DNA of 24,136 nucleotides from an uncultured virus (IMG/VR IMGVR_UViG_3300047320_000346) (IMGVR_UViG_3300047320_000346), one strand, 5' to 3'. Positions 9,288 to 17,093 are shown, numbered from the stretch's first letter. Numbers and translations: made by a program. Notes: generated by a model from the letters alone, not told the origin.

Positions 9288-9555
9288 TCAGCGCACGAAT
9301 GCTGCCCAGCGCCAGGCTTCGAGCGCCGCCTTACCGATGGTCCGGTTGCTGCCGAATGCCTGCTCGGGTGCGACATTCCAGTAAGTCCAAGGCTGCAGCG
9401 TATGGTGTTGAGGTCGTACGCCATCGCCGTGCCGGCGGTCAAAGCGGGCAGCGTCGCGCCGGCGAGACTCACGCTGACTTCGCCCACGATGACCTGGTAG
9501 GCCTGCGCACCTGACTTGGTTCGGTACGACGCCTTGCGATAAGGGTCTTGCGCAT
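9288..9555 (-). pseudogene. Collapsed remnant of a sixth Ig-repeat gene
   Basis: ATG at 9555 gives MRKTLIA. A second frame from 9535 gives KASYRTKSGAQAYQVIVGEVSVSLAGATLPALTAGTAMAYDLN. A third frame ends ...WRWAAFVR* at 9288. The CTATAC motif is upstream and a terminator downstream. Confidence 0.8.
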
Positions 9556-9646
9556 AGTTGGTGTGCTGAAGTGCGAATCTCCTGTATAGGCAAAAGCGGG
9601 TGCGGCCGATGGCGGGTGCTCATGGCCAAAACTTCAGCGCCAAATG

Positions 9647-9671
9647 AAAAAGGCCCGCCTCCGGCGAGCCT
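9647..9671 (-). terminator. Intrinsic terminator after the lipoprotein gene
   Basis: AAAAAGGCCCGCC-tcc-GGCGAGCCT. Confidence 0.7.
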
Positions 9672-9694
9672 CAGTGCGCGTGTAACCAAACCCG

Positions 9695-10573
9695 CTAGTT
9701 CGCGACGGACGCCTTGGCCTGATTGGCATTGCGTGCCTCCAGGTCTTCAGTGCGTGTCAGGTAGGCTGATTCAATGCACTCGCCGGTCGTGCAGACGTCG
9801 CGTTCTTTCTGGCGCCAGGCTATCTGGTCGGCTTTCAGTCCGCTCGCATTGTCGCCGTTGCTCCGCAATTGCTCATAGGCCTCCGCCAGGTTTTGGTCGA
9901 GCATGGCGAGCCGCGGTGAGGCACAAATCAGATGCTCGACGTTGCTCGAGGCTTTGGCGCAGTCGAAACTCGGCACGGCAGCGACGGGCGCCACCGGCTG
10001 TGTGACGGCGGCCACCGGCTGGATGACCGGAGGAACTTCGGCTGCAGCGTCCTCGGACGGTTGAATCGGCGGCCGCCGTGGCTCCTCATCCTGCGCTGGC
10101 TCTGCCTTTGCGGTCATCTCCGGTGCCGGCTTCTGCTGCTCGACTGGCGCGTAGAGGCCCGCCAACCGGTTCAGGTCGTCCGTCGTGATTTTGCGCACAA
10201 ACGTGAATTCGCCTTGTTCACCATCGTGCATCGTCAGCAGGAGGTGGAACGCCGATTTGTCCTGATTCCAGATTTCCTGGACTGTCCAGACTCCGGGCTT
10301 GCCCGTGTCCCGCCGGGTGATGTTCAGGTTGACCGTGTGGTTCACGTTATCAATCGCGCCGACCGTCACCTCTGTCGGGGTGTCATTCAGCACGAGCCTG
10401 AATTTTTTTTCGGTGTTGTCGAGCGTTATAAGGCCTTTCCCGTTCTTGGGAGACCAGACACCCGACATCTCTTCGAGCAAAGAAGGCGGCTCTGGCTTTT
10501 TCTGCTCGCCACATCCCACCAGCATCAGTATCGCAAACGCCAGCATGAAACCAATCAGCTTTCTCATCGTCAC
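9695..10573 (-). CDS. Lipoprotein with C-terminal LprI/DUF1311 (lysozyme-inhibitor-like) domain
   Basis: Lipobox LVG-C, Pro/Ala/Glu-rich linker, C-terminal PSFDCAKASSNVEHLIC...LD..L..AY...DQIAW...RDVC....CIESAYLTR. Alternative ATG at 10567. Confidence 0.85.
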   Translation of the reverse strand: MTMRKLIGFMLAFAILMLVGCGEQKKPEPPSLLEEMSGVWSPKNGKGLITLDNTEKKFRLVLNDTPTEVTVGAIDNVNHTVNLNITRRDTGKPGVWTVQEIWNQDKSAFHLLLTMHDGEQGEFTFVRKITTDDLNRLAGLYAPVEQQKPAPEMTAKAEPAQDEEPRRPPIQPSEDAAAEVPPVIQPVAAVTQPVAPVAAVPSFDCAKASSNVEHLICASPRLAMLDQNLAEAYEQLRSNGDNASGLKADQIAWRQKERDVCTTGECIESAYLTRTEDLEARNANQAKASVAN

Positions 10574-10741
10574 GCCCCGTCCTCGTCAATTGTTATTGAA
10601 GGCTTTCCGGATACCCGGCGGTGCAAAGTAACATGAAAGCAATTGGGAAGGTGCGCGTTACCCAACAGAAAAAATCAGGTGATTACTTCGTGTTTTGCGA
10701 TAGATAAGACTCACGTCAATGTGGCGGCGCGCGCCGCGACG

Positions 10742-10996
10742 TCAGTGAATCTCCAAGAGGTCGAACCGGTCGCTCGTGACTGACTCCCCGTTCGGATACC
10801 ACCAAGCAGAGTGGTCCTTTTTGATGAACGCTTCGTCTTCGAAGTCGTCCGGATTGGCCGGGCGGTACGTGACCTTGCAATAGTCGCCGCTGCGCATGCG
10901 CACGAGCACCTCCCCGCTTGCCTGGCAGCGCGCCTTGAGTTCAAGGGTGAACGGATTGAAGTCCTTGCGGGTGGCCAGTAGGGTCAAGTTTCGCAT
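10742..10996 (-). CDS. Hypothetical protein, 84 aa
   Basis: GAGGAG Shine-Dalgarno before ATG; 13 nt after the upstream stop; protein-like composition. Confidence 0.75.
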   Translation of the reverse strand: MRNLTLLATRKDFNPFTLELKARCQASGEVLVRMRSGDYCKVTYRPANPDDFEDEAFIKKDHSAWWYPNGESVTSDRFDLLEIH

Positions 10997-11009
10997 GTGA
11001 AGCTCCTCG

Positions 11010-11381
11010 TTAAACGCTGTCGTCCTGCCACGCGGTGACCATGGCGTCCCAGCGAAGCGCTGCCTTTTTCTTTGCCATTGCGCGAGCGGGTATCTTTTGA
11101 CGGTGGTCTATGAAGTTGGGCTGCATTCCACGCGTTGCTTCTACTGCGGCCGCAACCATTCGAGCAGTCGGCTCTACCGGAACCTGAATCCAGCTCGCCG
11201 GGTCGAGGGGAAATCTACTCGCCACGCGCAACATGGCCCGCCAGCGCAAATGAATCTTTCGCTCCACGAGCGGCATCTGCCAGATGGCGCGGGGGTCGGT
11301 GTCTCTTGCCTGCCAGCCGTGTGTCGCGGTGATGCAGGCAAGCAGCATCTCCTGCAAGGGCTCGCGCGGAACCCATTGCAT
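11010..11381 (-). CDS. Hypothetical protein with two internal VP.EP...M / LRW.AM repeats, 123 aa
   Basis: ATG at 11381 is 1 nt after the rhomboid stop; duplicated ~60 aa unit visible. Confidence 0.75.
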   Translation of the reverse strand: MQWVPREPLQEMLLACITATHGWQARDTDPRAIWQMPLVERKIHLRWRAMLRVASRFPLDPASWIQVPVEPTARMVAAAVEATRGMQPNFIDHRQKIPARAMAKKKAALRWDAMVTAWQDDSV

Positions 11382-11382
11382 T

Positions 11383-11946
11383 TCAGCGGTCACGGCGCAG
11401 CATCCAAGCAGTCGCCACGCCACCGATAGCGCCACCCACGTGGCTCTGCCATGACACGCCCGGATAGACCGGTAACAGGCTCCAGAGCATGCTGATGCCG
11501 TAAATCATCGCTGCCGCGAGGGAGATGAGTATGTCGACCGGGCGGCGCGCGAAGTAGCCTCGAGCAAGGATGAAACCGAACAGGCCAAATACGACACCGC
11601 TTGCTCCGATGTGCACGGAATACGGGCCACCAAGGAGCCAGGCCGCGATGCCAGCGCCGAGTGTACCGCCGACAACGGCCTGCCAGAAGCCCTCCTGCCT
11701 CGGGAACATCGAGAGCCAGCCCAGGACGATGAGTGGTACCGTGTTGGCCATCAGGTGGCCAAGGTTGGCATGCACCCAAGGCGCCGTGAGCACGCCGAGC
11801 AGCCCGTGCAGCGAGCGGGGAACAACGCCCAAAAAACGCTGCACGGAAGGAAGCGCGAAGCCCGCGAAGCTGACCGCCCATATGGACCCGACATATAACG
11901 CCAGCGTGAGGAAACGCGCCTTCGCTCCTTCAAGAATCATTTGCAT
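11383..11946 (-). CDS. Rhomboid family intramembrane serine protease
   Basis: H.N..HL..N, GASG (catalytic Ser), SH.GG...G (catalytic His) and multiple hydrophobic helices. Start at 11946 (GGAG upstream) or 11940 (ATGA overlap). Confidence 0.92.
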   Translation of the reverse strand: MQMILEGAKARFLTLALYVGSIWAVSFAGFALPSVQRFLGVVPRSLHGLLGVLTAPWVHANLGHLMANTVPLIVLGWLSMFPRQEGFWQAVVGGTLGAGIAAWLLGGPYSVHIGASGVVFGLFGFILARGYFARRPVDILISLAAAMIYGISMLWSLLPVYPGVSWQSHVGGAIGGVATAWMLRRDR

Positions 11947-12566
11947 GGCGGCTCCGAGCGGGTGGTGCGAAAGCGACCTGCGCCAACCCACTCATCATCG
12001 ACCTTCGGGCGCGCGAAGCCGATTCGCGCGGACCACACGTCTACCATGTGGCAGAACGCGGCCAGCTCGTTCATCACACGGCGCGTGCTCGAATAGTCGT
12101 GCATCTCGCCTTCCACGTAGGTCAGCCCGTTGAGCTGCGCCGGCGTGAGCGTGAGTCCATACTCGGCCAGCTTCGCTTCACGAAATGCCTTGAACGCCGC
12201 CTTCGTGTCGAGCCCCTCGCGATTGACGGCCGAGCCATCTGCATGCACCTGGATGCGCCAGGGTTTCTCGATGTCATGCAAGTAGAAAATCAGCAACGCG
12301 TCAGACAGCGAGAACGGAAGCGGCCGTCCCAGCGCCGCCGTCATCGCATACAGATGCCGCGCATAGTTCAGCCCGTCGGTCACATGGTCGATGTAGCCGC
12401 CCACCCATACCTGGTGATTGTGGGTCGAGCCCTGTGTTCGCTCGAATAGCGCGCGGTTATCCGCCAAAATGCGCAGACAAACCGTGCGTGCGGGCTCGTC
12501 GATGAGTTCGAGCAGCCGCTCGATGCGCTTGTAATTGAGGAAGGTCGAAAAATGGTGGGGAAGCAT
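11937..12566 (-). CDS. HD-domain phosphohydrolase/nuclease (YhaM / MOBH-type HD signature), 209 aa
   Basis: GSTHNHQ...GGYIDHV...LHDIEK...D, matching the HH...GG...H...HD pattern. Confidence 0.8.
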   Translation of the reverse strand: MLPHHFSTFLNYKRIERLLELIDEPARTVCLRILADNRALFERTQGSTHNHQVWVGGYIDHVTDGLNYARHLYAMTAALGRPLPFSLSDALLIFYLHDIEKPWRIQVHADGSAVNREGLDTKAAFKAFREAKLAEYGLTLTPAQLNGLTYVEGEMHDYSSTRRVMNELAAFCHMVDVWSARIGFARPKVDDEWVGAGRFRTTRSEPPCK

Positions 12567-12588
12567 GGTGTTCAAGGTTATATACGCG

Positions 12589-13185
12589 TTACGCGGCGGC
12601 GCGCAGGTCAGCGGCGCGCTGAGCCTCCGCACGCAGAGCGCGCACGCGTGCGATTTCTTCGACCGGATGCGGCGTGCCGCCAGCATTCAGCGCCAGATAG
12701 TGGTCGAGCACGTCCAACCGATACTGGAAATCGTAGATGGCGAACTTGAGGCGGAACTGCATTCGGTGGATGTCCCAGTTCGTGTCCTTCCATTCGTGAA
12801 CTGCCATCCCGAAAGGCTCCACCTTCCCAGCAGCATAGTCGCGCACAGCGGTCAGACGTTGCAGGCCGTCGATGCACTGGATGCCATTGGTCAGGTCAGA
12901 ATCCTTCACCTGACGTGTTTCGTGCCAATTGCGGCAATTGAACTGGATGACCATGCCGGCCGACGACACCACGCCGCGCATCGCATTCTCGATGTAAGCC
13001 TGCTGTTGCTCAGACGTCCACACGTGACCGCGCTGGAAGTCAGGATTCAGCTCCAGCCCCTCGCAGTCTTTCTCGAAGTCGGCGAGCGCTTTGTCCACGT
13101 ACCGCCATGCAAAGTCGACCTCATAGCGCGGGTTCGCAAGCGGCTTGACGAGTTTCATCAATTGCTCGGTGGTCAACTTTGCCAT
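12589..13185 (-). CDS. Stand-alone DUF262 (ParB/Srx-like, GmrS-type) domain protein
   Basis: PDFQRGHVW, IDGLQRLT and LNAGGTP motifs; GGAG Shine-Dalgarno. Confidence 0.88.
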   Translation of the reverse strand: MAKLTTEQLMKLVKPLANPRYEVDFAWRYVDKALADFEKDCEGLELNPDFQRGHVWTSEQQQAYIENAMRGVVSSAGMVIQFNCRNWHETRQVKDSDLTNGIQCIDGLQRLTAVRDYAAGKVEPFGMAVHEWKDTNWDIHRMQFRLKFAIYDFQYRLDVLDHYLALNAGGTPHPVEEIARVRALRAEAQRAADLRAAA

Positions 13186-13220
13186 GAAAGGCTCCAGTGC
13201 TAGTGTCGAAATGAGCTAGA

Positions 13221-13229
13221 AGTATAGCA
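13221..13229 (-). promoter_or_regulatory. Putative extended -10 promoter of the DUF262 operon
   Basis: TGCTATACT on the minus strand, ~36 nt before ATG at 13185. Confidence 0.6.
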
Positions 13230-13239
13230 TATATAACGC

Positions 13240-13266
13240 AAAAAGGCGACTTATGAGTCGCCTCTT
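13240..13266 (-). terminator. Intrinsic terminator
   Basis: AAAAAGGCGACT-tatg-AGTCGCCTCTT. Confidence 0.8.
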
Positions 13267-13288
13267 CGCTGCCTGCAGGATGACGGAC

Positions 13289-13825
13289 TTAGCGAACTGC
13301 CGCTGCGAACTCGAGGTGTTCCTCATGCGCCTTCTGGGCCACGGCAGCCTTGTCTTTGGCTTCCGTAAGGCTGCCGCAGACGTTGCTCACCGGAATGCAC
13401 CCGTTAAGCACCAGAGCACCGAGCCAGCTGAAGGATTCGATGCGCGCCGCCGCGCCGAAGTAGGAGCGCAATTCCTCGTAGCGAACGCGCACCCGGCGGT
13501 CGCCACGCTGCACATGCGTCGGGCCGGTGACCTGATAGCCGGTGTAGAAGATTCCGTCGCCGATATGGAGACCACGAGCAGCCATCTCTTCCTTGCCGCG
13601 CTGGGCCGCCTGCTCGGCGCTGAGCGCCGTCAGCACAGCCTTGCGCGCCTGCCCCGATGGCGAGGCAGGGCAACGCTCCATGTGCTGGCGGAAACCCTTC
13701 TCGGTCCGCCATGCAGGCGCAGGATAGCTACCGGTGTGGCAATTGTGCGGGCAACGATACTTGCCGTTCTTGGCGACAACCAGTTTGCCTTCGAAGTCGA
13801 TGTTCGGAAGAGCCGTCGTGTTCAT
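13289..13825 (-). CDS. Hypothetical protein with probable N-terminal zinc finger, 178 aa
   Basis: YRCPHNC...FRQHMERC spacing resembles a C2HC finger; AAGGGA upstream; followed by a terminator. Confidence 0.78.
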   Translation of the reverse strand: MNTTALPNIDFEGKLVVAKNGKYRCPHNCHTGSYPAPAWRTEKGFRQHMERCPASPSGQARKAVLTALSAEQAAQRGKEEMAARGLHIGDGIFYTGYQVTGPTHVQRGDRRVRVRYEELRSYFGAAARIESFSWLGALVLNGCIPVSNVCGSLTEAKDKAAVAQKAHEEHLEFAAAVR

Positions 13826-14124
13826 GACAAAGTCCCTTATTTAAAAATTTTTCTCTGGAGTTATCAATTCAGCTCGCTGGCATGCTAACCAGCGCTATCG
13901 TGCTGCGCGAGAAGCTTGCTTTGCGAAATAGTTAATGTGTTAACTTGGATGTCACTATATCACCAAATGCAAAGATGTCCAATAATTAGTGGCATATTTT
14001 TGTGATACCAATCAGTATCTTAATGTATCTGACAAATCAGAGATTGATTCTTTGCATATCGTGCGAGCAATTGACCACGTGATTTGATAATCAACCACGT
14101 CGCGCTGTTCGTGCTGTCGAACAG

Positions 14125-14153
14125 AAAAAAGAAAGGACCGCATGGCGGTCCTT
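14125..14153 (-). terminator. Intrinsic terminator
   Basis: A-tract plus AAGGACCGC-atg-GCGGTCCTT. Confidence 0.8.
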
Positions 14154-14184
14154 ATGAGTTTTGTTGCAAAGTAAGCGTACAGCC

Positions 14185-14808
14185 TTACACCAATCGTTCG
14201 CTTTCCGCTCCGCTGCAATCTTCTTCAGCGGCCGGAATGACACATACCTTCTCAAGCGCCTGGCGAACCTTCTGACGTACATCATTCACGCGCCATGCGC
14301 GGTCACAATGCCAATTGACTCCTGGCGCCAAGTCCACTTCCTTTCCCAGAATCAACATCGCAACCTGCTCGACAAGCTGGTCCGAGTCTTTCCTGGCTGC
14401 CACCTGATGCAACGGCGCGAGCAGGAAATATGGCGTTCCGGCCACCGGCGCCTGCGTATCAAAGCACAGTTCCTCCCAGGCGTCGCCCGGCCCGTCGACT
14501 GTCGCGGGGTGAACACCTCCCTCGCTCCAGCAATAAATGACGAGCTCGTGCCTGGCCTTCTGCTCCTGCACCGGCGGAAGAAGCTCCACGAGGTCGGACC
14601 AGGCCCATCTGCCGTCCATTTCGTCAGGCACGTCGACATCGCACTCCATAAGCGGTTCGCCCATCGCGACGCTAAGCTGTCGCGCGGCTGTGACAACGAG
14701 CCGGTCAATCTCGCCCGTCGAATTGGCTTCCGCCACCACAACTTGGTTGACGATGAGTGCGGCGCAATTGCTGCCGATGGTGCGTGCAAGAATTAGTTGG
14801 TGTTTCAT
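14185..14808 (-). CDS. Hypothetical acidic protein, 207 aa
   Basis: Start reassigned to MKHQLILA at 14808 (AGGA upstream); the longer ORF runs through a terminator and another gene. Confidence 0.8.
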   Translation of the reverse strand: MKHQLILARTIGSNCAALIVNQVVVAEANSTGEIDRLVVTAARQLSVAMGEPLMECDVDVPDEMDGRWAWSDLVELLPPVQEQKARHELVIYCWSEGGVHPATVDGPGDAWEELCFDTQAPVAGTPYFLLAPLHQVAARKDSDQLVEQVAMLILGKEVDLAPGVNWHCDRAWRVNDVRQKVRQALEKVCVIPAAEEDCSGAESERLV

Positions 14809-14900
14809 GACCTGTTTCCTGTAGAGGTTGAGTGACCTAAGCGGGAGATTCCCATTCGGTATAGCGTCCCCGCACCTTTTCCCTGGCTGCCCGAAACTAG

Positions 14901-14925
14901 AAAACCCGCCAATGGCTGGCGGGTT
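14901..14925 (-). terminator. Intrinsic terminator
   Basis: AAAACCCGCCA-atggc-TGGCGGGTT. Confidence 0.75.
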
Positions 14926-14962
14926 CGAGAGTTGCTGCTGAATAGCTAACTGCAGTGATGCG

Positions 14963-15199
14963 CTACGCCGCGGCGGGCGCGCTCCACGTTCCGAGCAGCT
15001 GGCCGTCACGCTGGCGGATGAGTTGGCCATTGCGAGGGGCAAAGGGCTCATCCTGTGACGCGTACTCGGTGGCAATCCGCTCGAGCGCAGCATCGCCTGA
15101 CGGTCGGCAATGCTCGCTTTCCCAAACAGGAAGTGAGACCTGGTCTCCGTCAGCAAGGCTCAGCACTGCGCGCGCATAGGGAATCTTTTTCGTAGCCAT
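14963..15199 (-). CDS. Hypothetical protein, 78 aa
   Basis: GGAGAGG Shine-Dalgarno, CTATAC motif upstream, terminator downstream. Confidence 0.78.
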   Translation of the reverse strand: MATKKIPYARAVLSLADGDQVSLPVWESEHCRPSGDAALERIATEYASQDEPFAPRNGQLIRQRDGQLLGTWSAPAAA

Positions 15200-15254
15200 A
15201 TTTCCTCTCCATGAAGTTGATTAACTGCTGATTCGTATAGCTCGCGATAAAAGG

Positions 15255-15279
15255 AAACCCGCCAGGAAATGGCGGGTTT
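15255..15279 (-). terminator. Intrinsic terminator
   Basis: AAACCCGCCA-ggaaa-TGGCGGGTTT; same stem as at 14901. Confidence 0.75.
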
Positions 15280-15299
15280 GAGAGGTGATGCTTGAGCGA

Positions 15300-15794
15300 T
15301 TACAGGTTCGGGTTGAACCAGGTCGGCACGATGATGCGCAGCCAGCGCACTTCCGAGCCGTCGTCACCGTTTTCGAACGAGGTGGCAAAATCGTCGGCCA
15401 GTACCTTGAAGCCGTAGCTGGACACTTCAGCCTCGGCAGCATCGTCGTGAATGGTGTAAAGCGGCGAGCCGTATTGCGCGGCGTCAGGATGTCTCGCTTT
15501 GAACTCGGTGCACACGCCGTACTGGCGCAAAACATCCAGTTCCTCTTCCGTCAGGACACGGCCGTCGGTGTCATCGCCGTTCTCGACGAGGAACAGCTTG
15601 CTGCCGGCATGCACCTGCGGCTCAAACAGCCAAATTTCATTCGGCAATGCTTCTTCATTCTTGTCCTTGTCGGCTACCTCGATGTCACCTCGCGCGAGAA
15701 CCTTGAACTTGCCGATGCGGGTATCCGCCAGCTCGTTTTCCAGGTCATTGCAACTGATGTCTTCGACGACAATGGTCAGATATGCCTTCTTCAT
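15300..15794 (-). CDS. Hypothetical, strongly acidic protein, 164 aa
   Basis: Start MKKAYL at 15794 with GAGGA upstream; Asp/Glu-rich. Confidence 0.82.
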   Translation of the reverse strand: MKKAYLTIVVEDISCNDLENELADTRIGKFKVLARGDIEVADKDKNEEALPNEIWLFEPQVHAGSKLFLVENGDDTDGRVLTEEELDVLRQYGVCTEFKARHPDAAQYGSPLYTIHDDAAEAEVSSYGFKVLADDFATSFENGDDGSEVRWLRIIVPTWFNPNL

Positions 15795-15858
15795 TTTGAT
15801 TTTCCTCAGTAGTCGAACGCAGAGATTGGTCCGTGCTCCGTATAGCGCGCGCACACGT

Positions 15859-15884
15859 AAAAAAGCCCAGCACGATGGCTGGGC
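15859..15884 (-). terminator. Intrinsic terminator
   Basis: AAAAAAGCCCAGC-acgatg-GCTGGGC. Confidence 0.8.
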
Positions 15885-15904
15885 GTTCGAGAGTGGGCTG
15901 TCCT

Positions 15905-16546
15905 TCAGGCTTGCGGCAGTTCCTGGCGGGAATCCGGTTGAACCAGGTCGCGACCGTGGATGCTGATGGCGTGATGGCCATTTGCCTTGGCTGTTTCGAG
16001 TGCTGCCGTCAAAACCGCCCGTTGCACTGGCGTCAGACTGGCAAGGAATGCCTTGCGCGCGTCTTCGGCGCGGTGAGCACGCTGAAGTCGCTCGCGTTGC
16101 CCCGCCACTGACGCCTCGTGAACGTCGTTAAGCATTTCCTCGACGGTTCGGAATTGCCACTGGAGCGGGGCCATGCGCTCATCCGGAACAAGCATCGGAA
16201 ACTGCAGGAAGCCGTCACCAAACAGCTCTCTTTTTGTGAAGCTGTTCGGGTAAGCAACCGCCTTCTCCATTGCTTCCTGCAGTGAGCGAAACCGCCGTAG
16301 ATAGAGCTGAGCGCCCTTCTCGCCGCCGATTACGCTTTGATTCTGCTGCGAGGCTGCCCGCAAAGCGCGGTAGAGGGGCACCTGAAACGCCAGCCGAACG
16401 CGCGCGGTGTACATCAAATCGCGAGCCTCCCGGTTGCGAGACCCGTCTCGATGCAACAATTTCAACGCCTGCCAGTGCTTCCCGCGATTCTCGTCAATCC
16501 AGATTTTTAGCGCGGCCGCGGCCTGCTTCAATTTCTTGTCTTCCAT
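15905..16546 (-). CDS. Hypothetical basic, helical protein, 213 aa
   Basis: AAGGA upstream of ATG, CTATAC motif, terminator after the stop. Confidence 0.78.
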   Translation of the reverse strand: MEDKKLKQAAAALKIWIDENRGKHWQALKLLHRDGSRNREARDLMYTARVRLAFQVPLYRALRAASQQNQSVIGGEKGAQLYLRRFRSLQEAMEKAVAYPNSFTKRELFGDGFLQFPMLVPDERMAPLQWQFRTVEEMLNDVHEASVAGQRERLQRAHRAEDARKAFLASLTPVQRAVLTAALETAKANGHHAISIHGRDLVQPDSRQELPQA

Positions 16547-16672
16547 GTATTTTTCCTTGGGTAACAGCGAAATGGCTGCACTCCGTATAGCCTAAATTGC
16601 AAACCTGAAATACACTGCGTAATATCAGTATTTTGTGATATACTATCATTGATTCACAAACTCAACAAAGCC

Positions 16673-17035
16673 ATGAATTCAGTTCGTCTGGCCCGTGTTC
16701 TGGCGGGCGCGCTACTCGCCGTCGCTTCAACCGCACACGCAGTGGATGCAATTCCCTATGAGGTTTTGCCCCGCTGCTGGTGGCCTTCGCCCTACCCGCT
16801 GCCAGTGTGCCTGCTGGAGGAGCCTCAGGTAGTCAACTGCTCGCGTGAGCCGTATGACCCGATGTGCGAGGACTTTCCAGGGGCCACCAAGGCGGTGACC
16901 GCGAAGCTCCGCCGCCTTCTGAGTTGCTCGACCGAGTTCGAAATCACCTTCCGAGACCTGGACGGTGCGCGTCAGAAATCCGTGAAGACCCGCCCTATCG
17001 ACTGCATGACCCATGAGCCAACCGATTCGCCATGA
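16673..17035 (+). CDS. Small secreted Cys/Pro-rich protein, 120 aa
   Basis: Signal peptide MNSVRLARVLAGALLAVASTAHA (AHA cleavage site); six Cys in the mature part. Confidence 0.72.
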   Translation: MNSVRLARVLAGALLAVASTAHAVDAIPYEVLPRCWWPSPYPLPVCLLEEPQVVNCSREPYDPMCEDFPGATKAVTAKLRRLLSCSTEFEITFRDLDGARQKSVKTRPIDCMTHEPTDSP

Positions 17036-17093
17036 CCGCAGAGAAATGGTCCGTTCGGATTACCCGCTCTCCCCCTCGAGAACTGATGACGCG

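Noticed and set aside
1..9555. Shufflon or diversity-generating retroelement as the source of tip variation
   Set aside because: No recombinase or reverse transcriptase, no inverted silent cassettes, and no adenine-specific template/variable repeat pair seen in this window.
11383..11946. Rhombosortase anchoring the Ig proteins
   Set aside because: None of the complete Ig proteins has a GlyGly-CTERM or any C-terminal transmembrane helix.
11937..12566. MOBH relaxase (TraI)
   Set aside because: Shares the HD-type signature but is only ~209 aa and has no transfer genes nearby.
14809..15156. N-terminal extension of the 323 aa ORF
   Set aside because: Overlaps the 78 aa gene and a terminator; the start at 14808 has an SD and the upstream motif.
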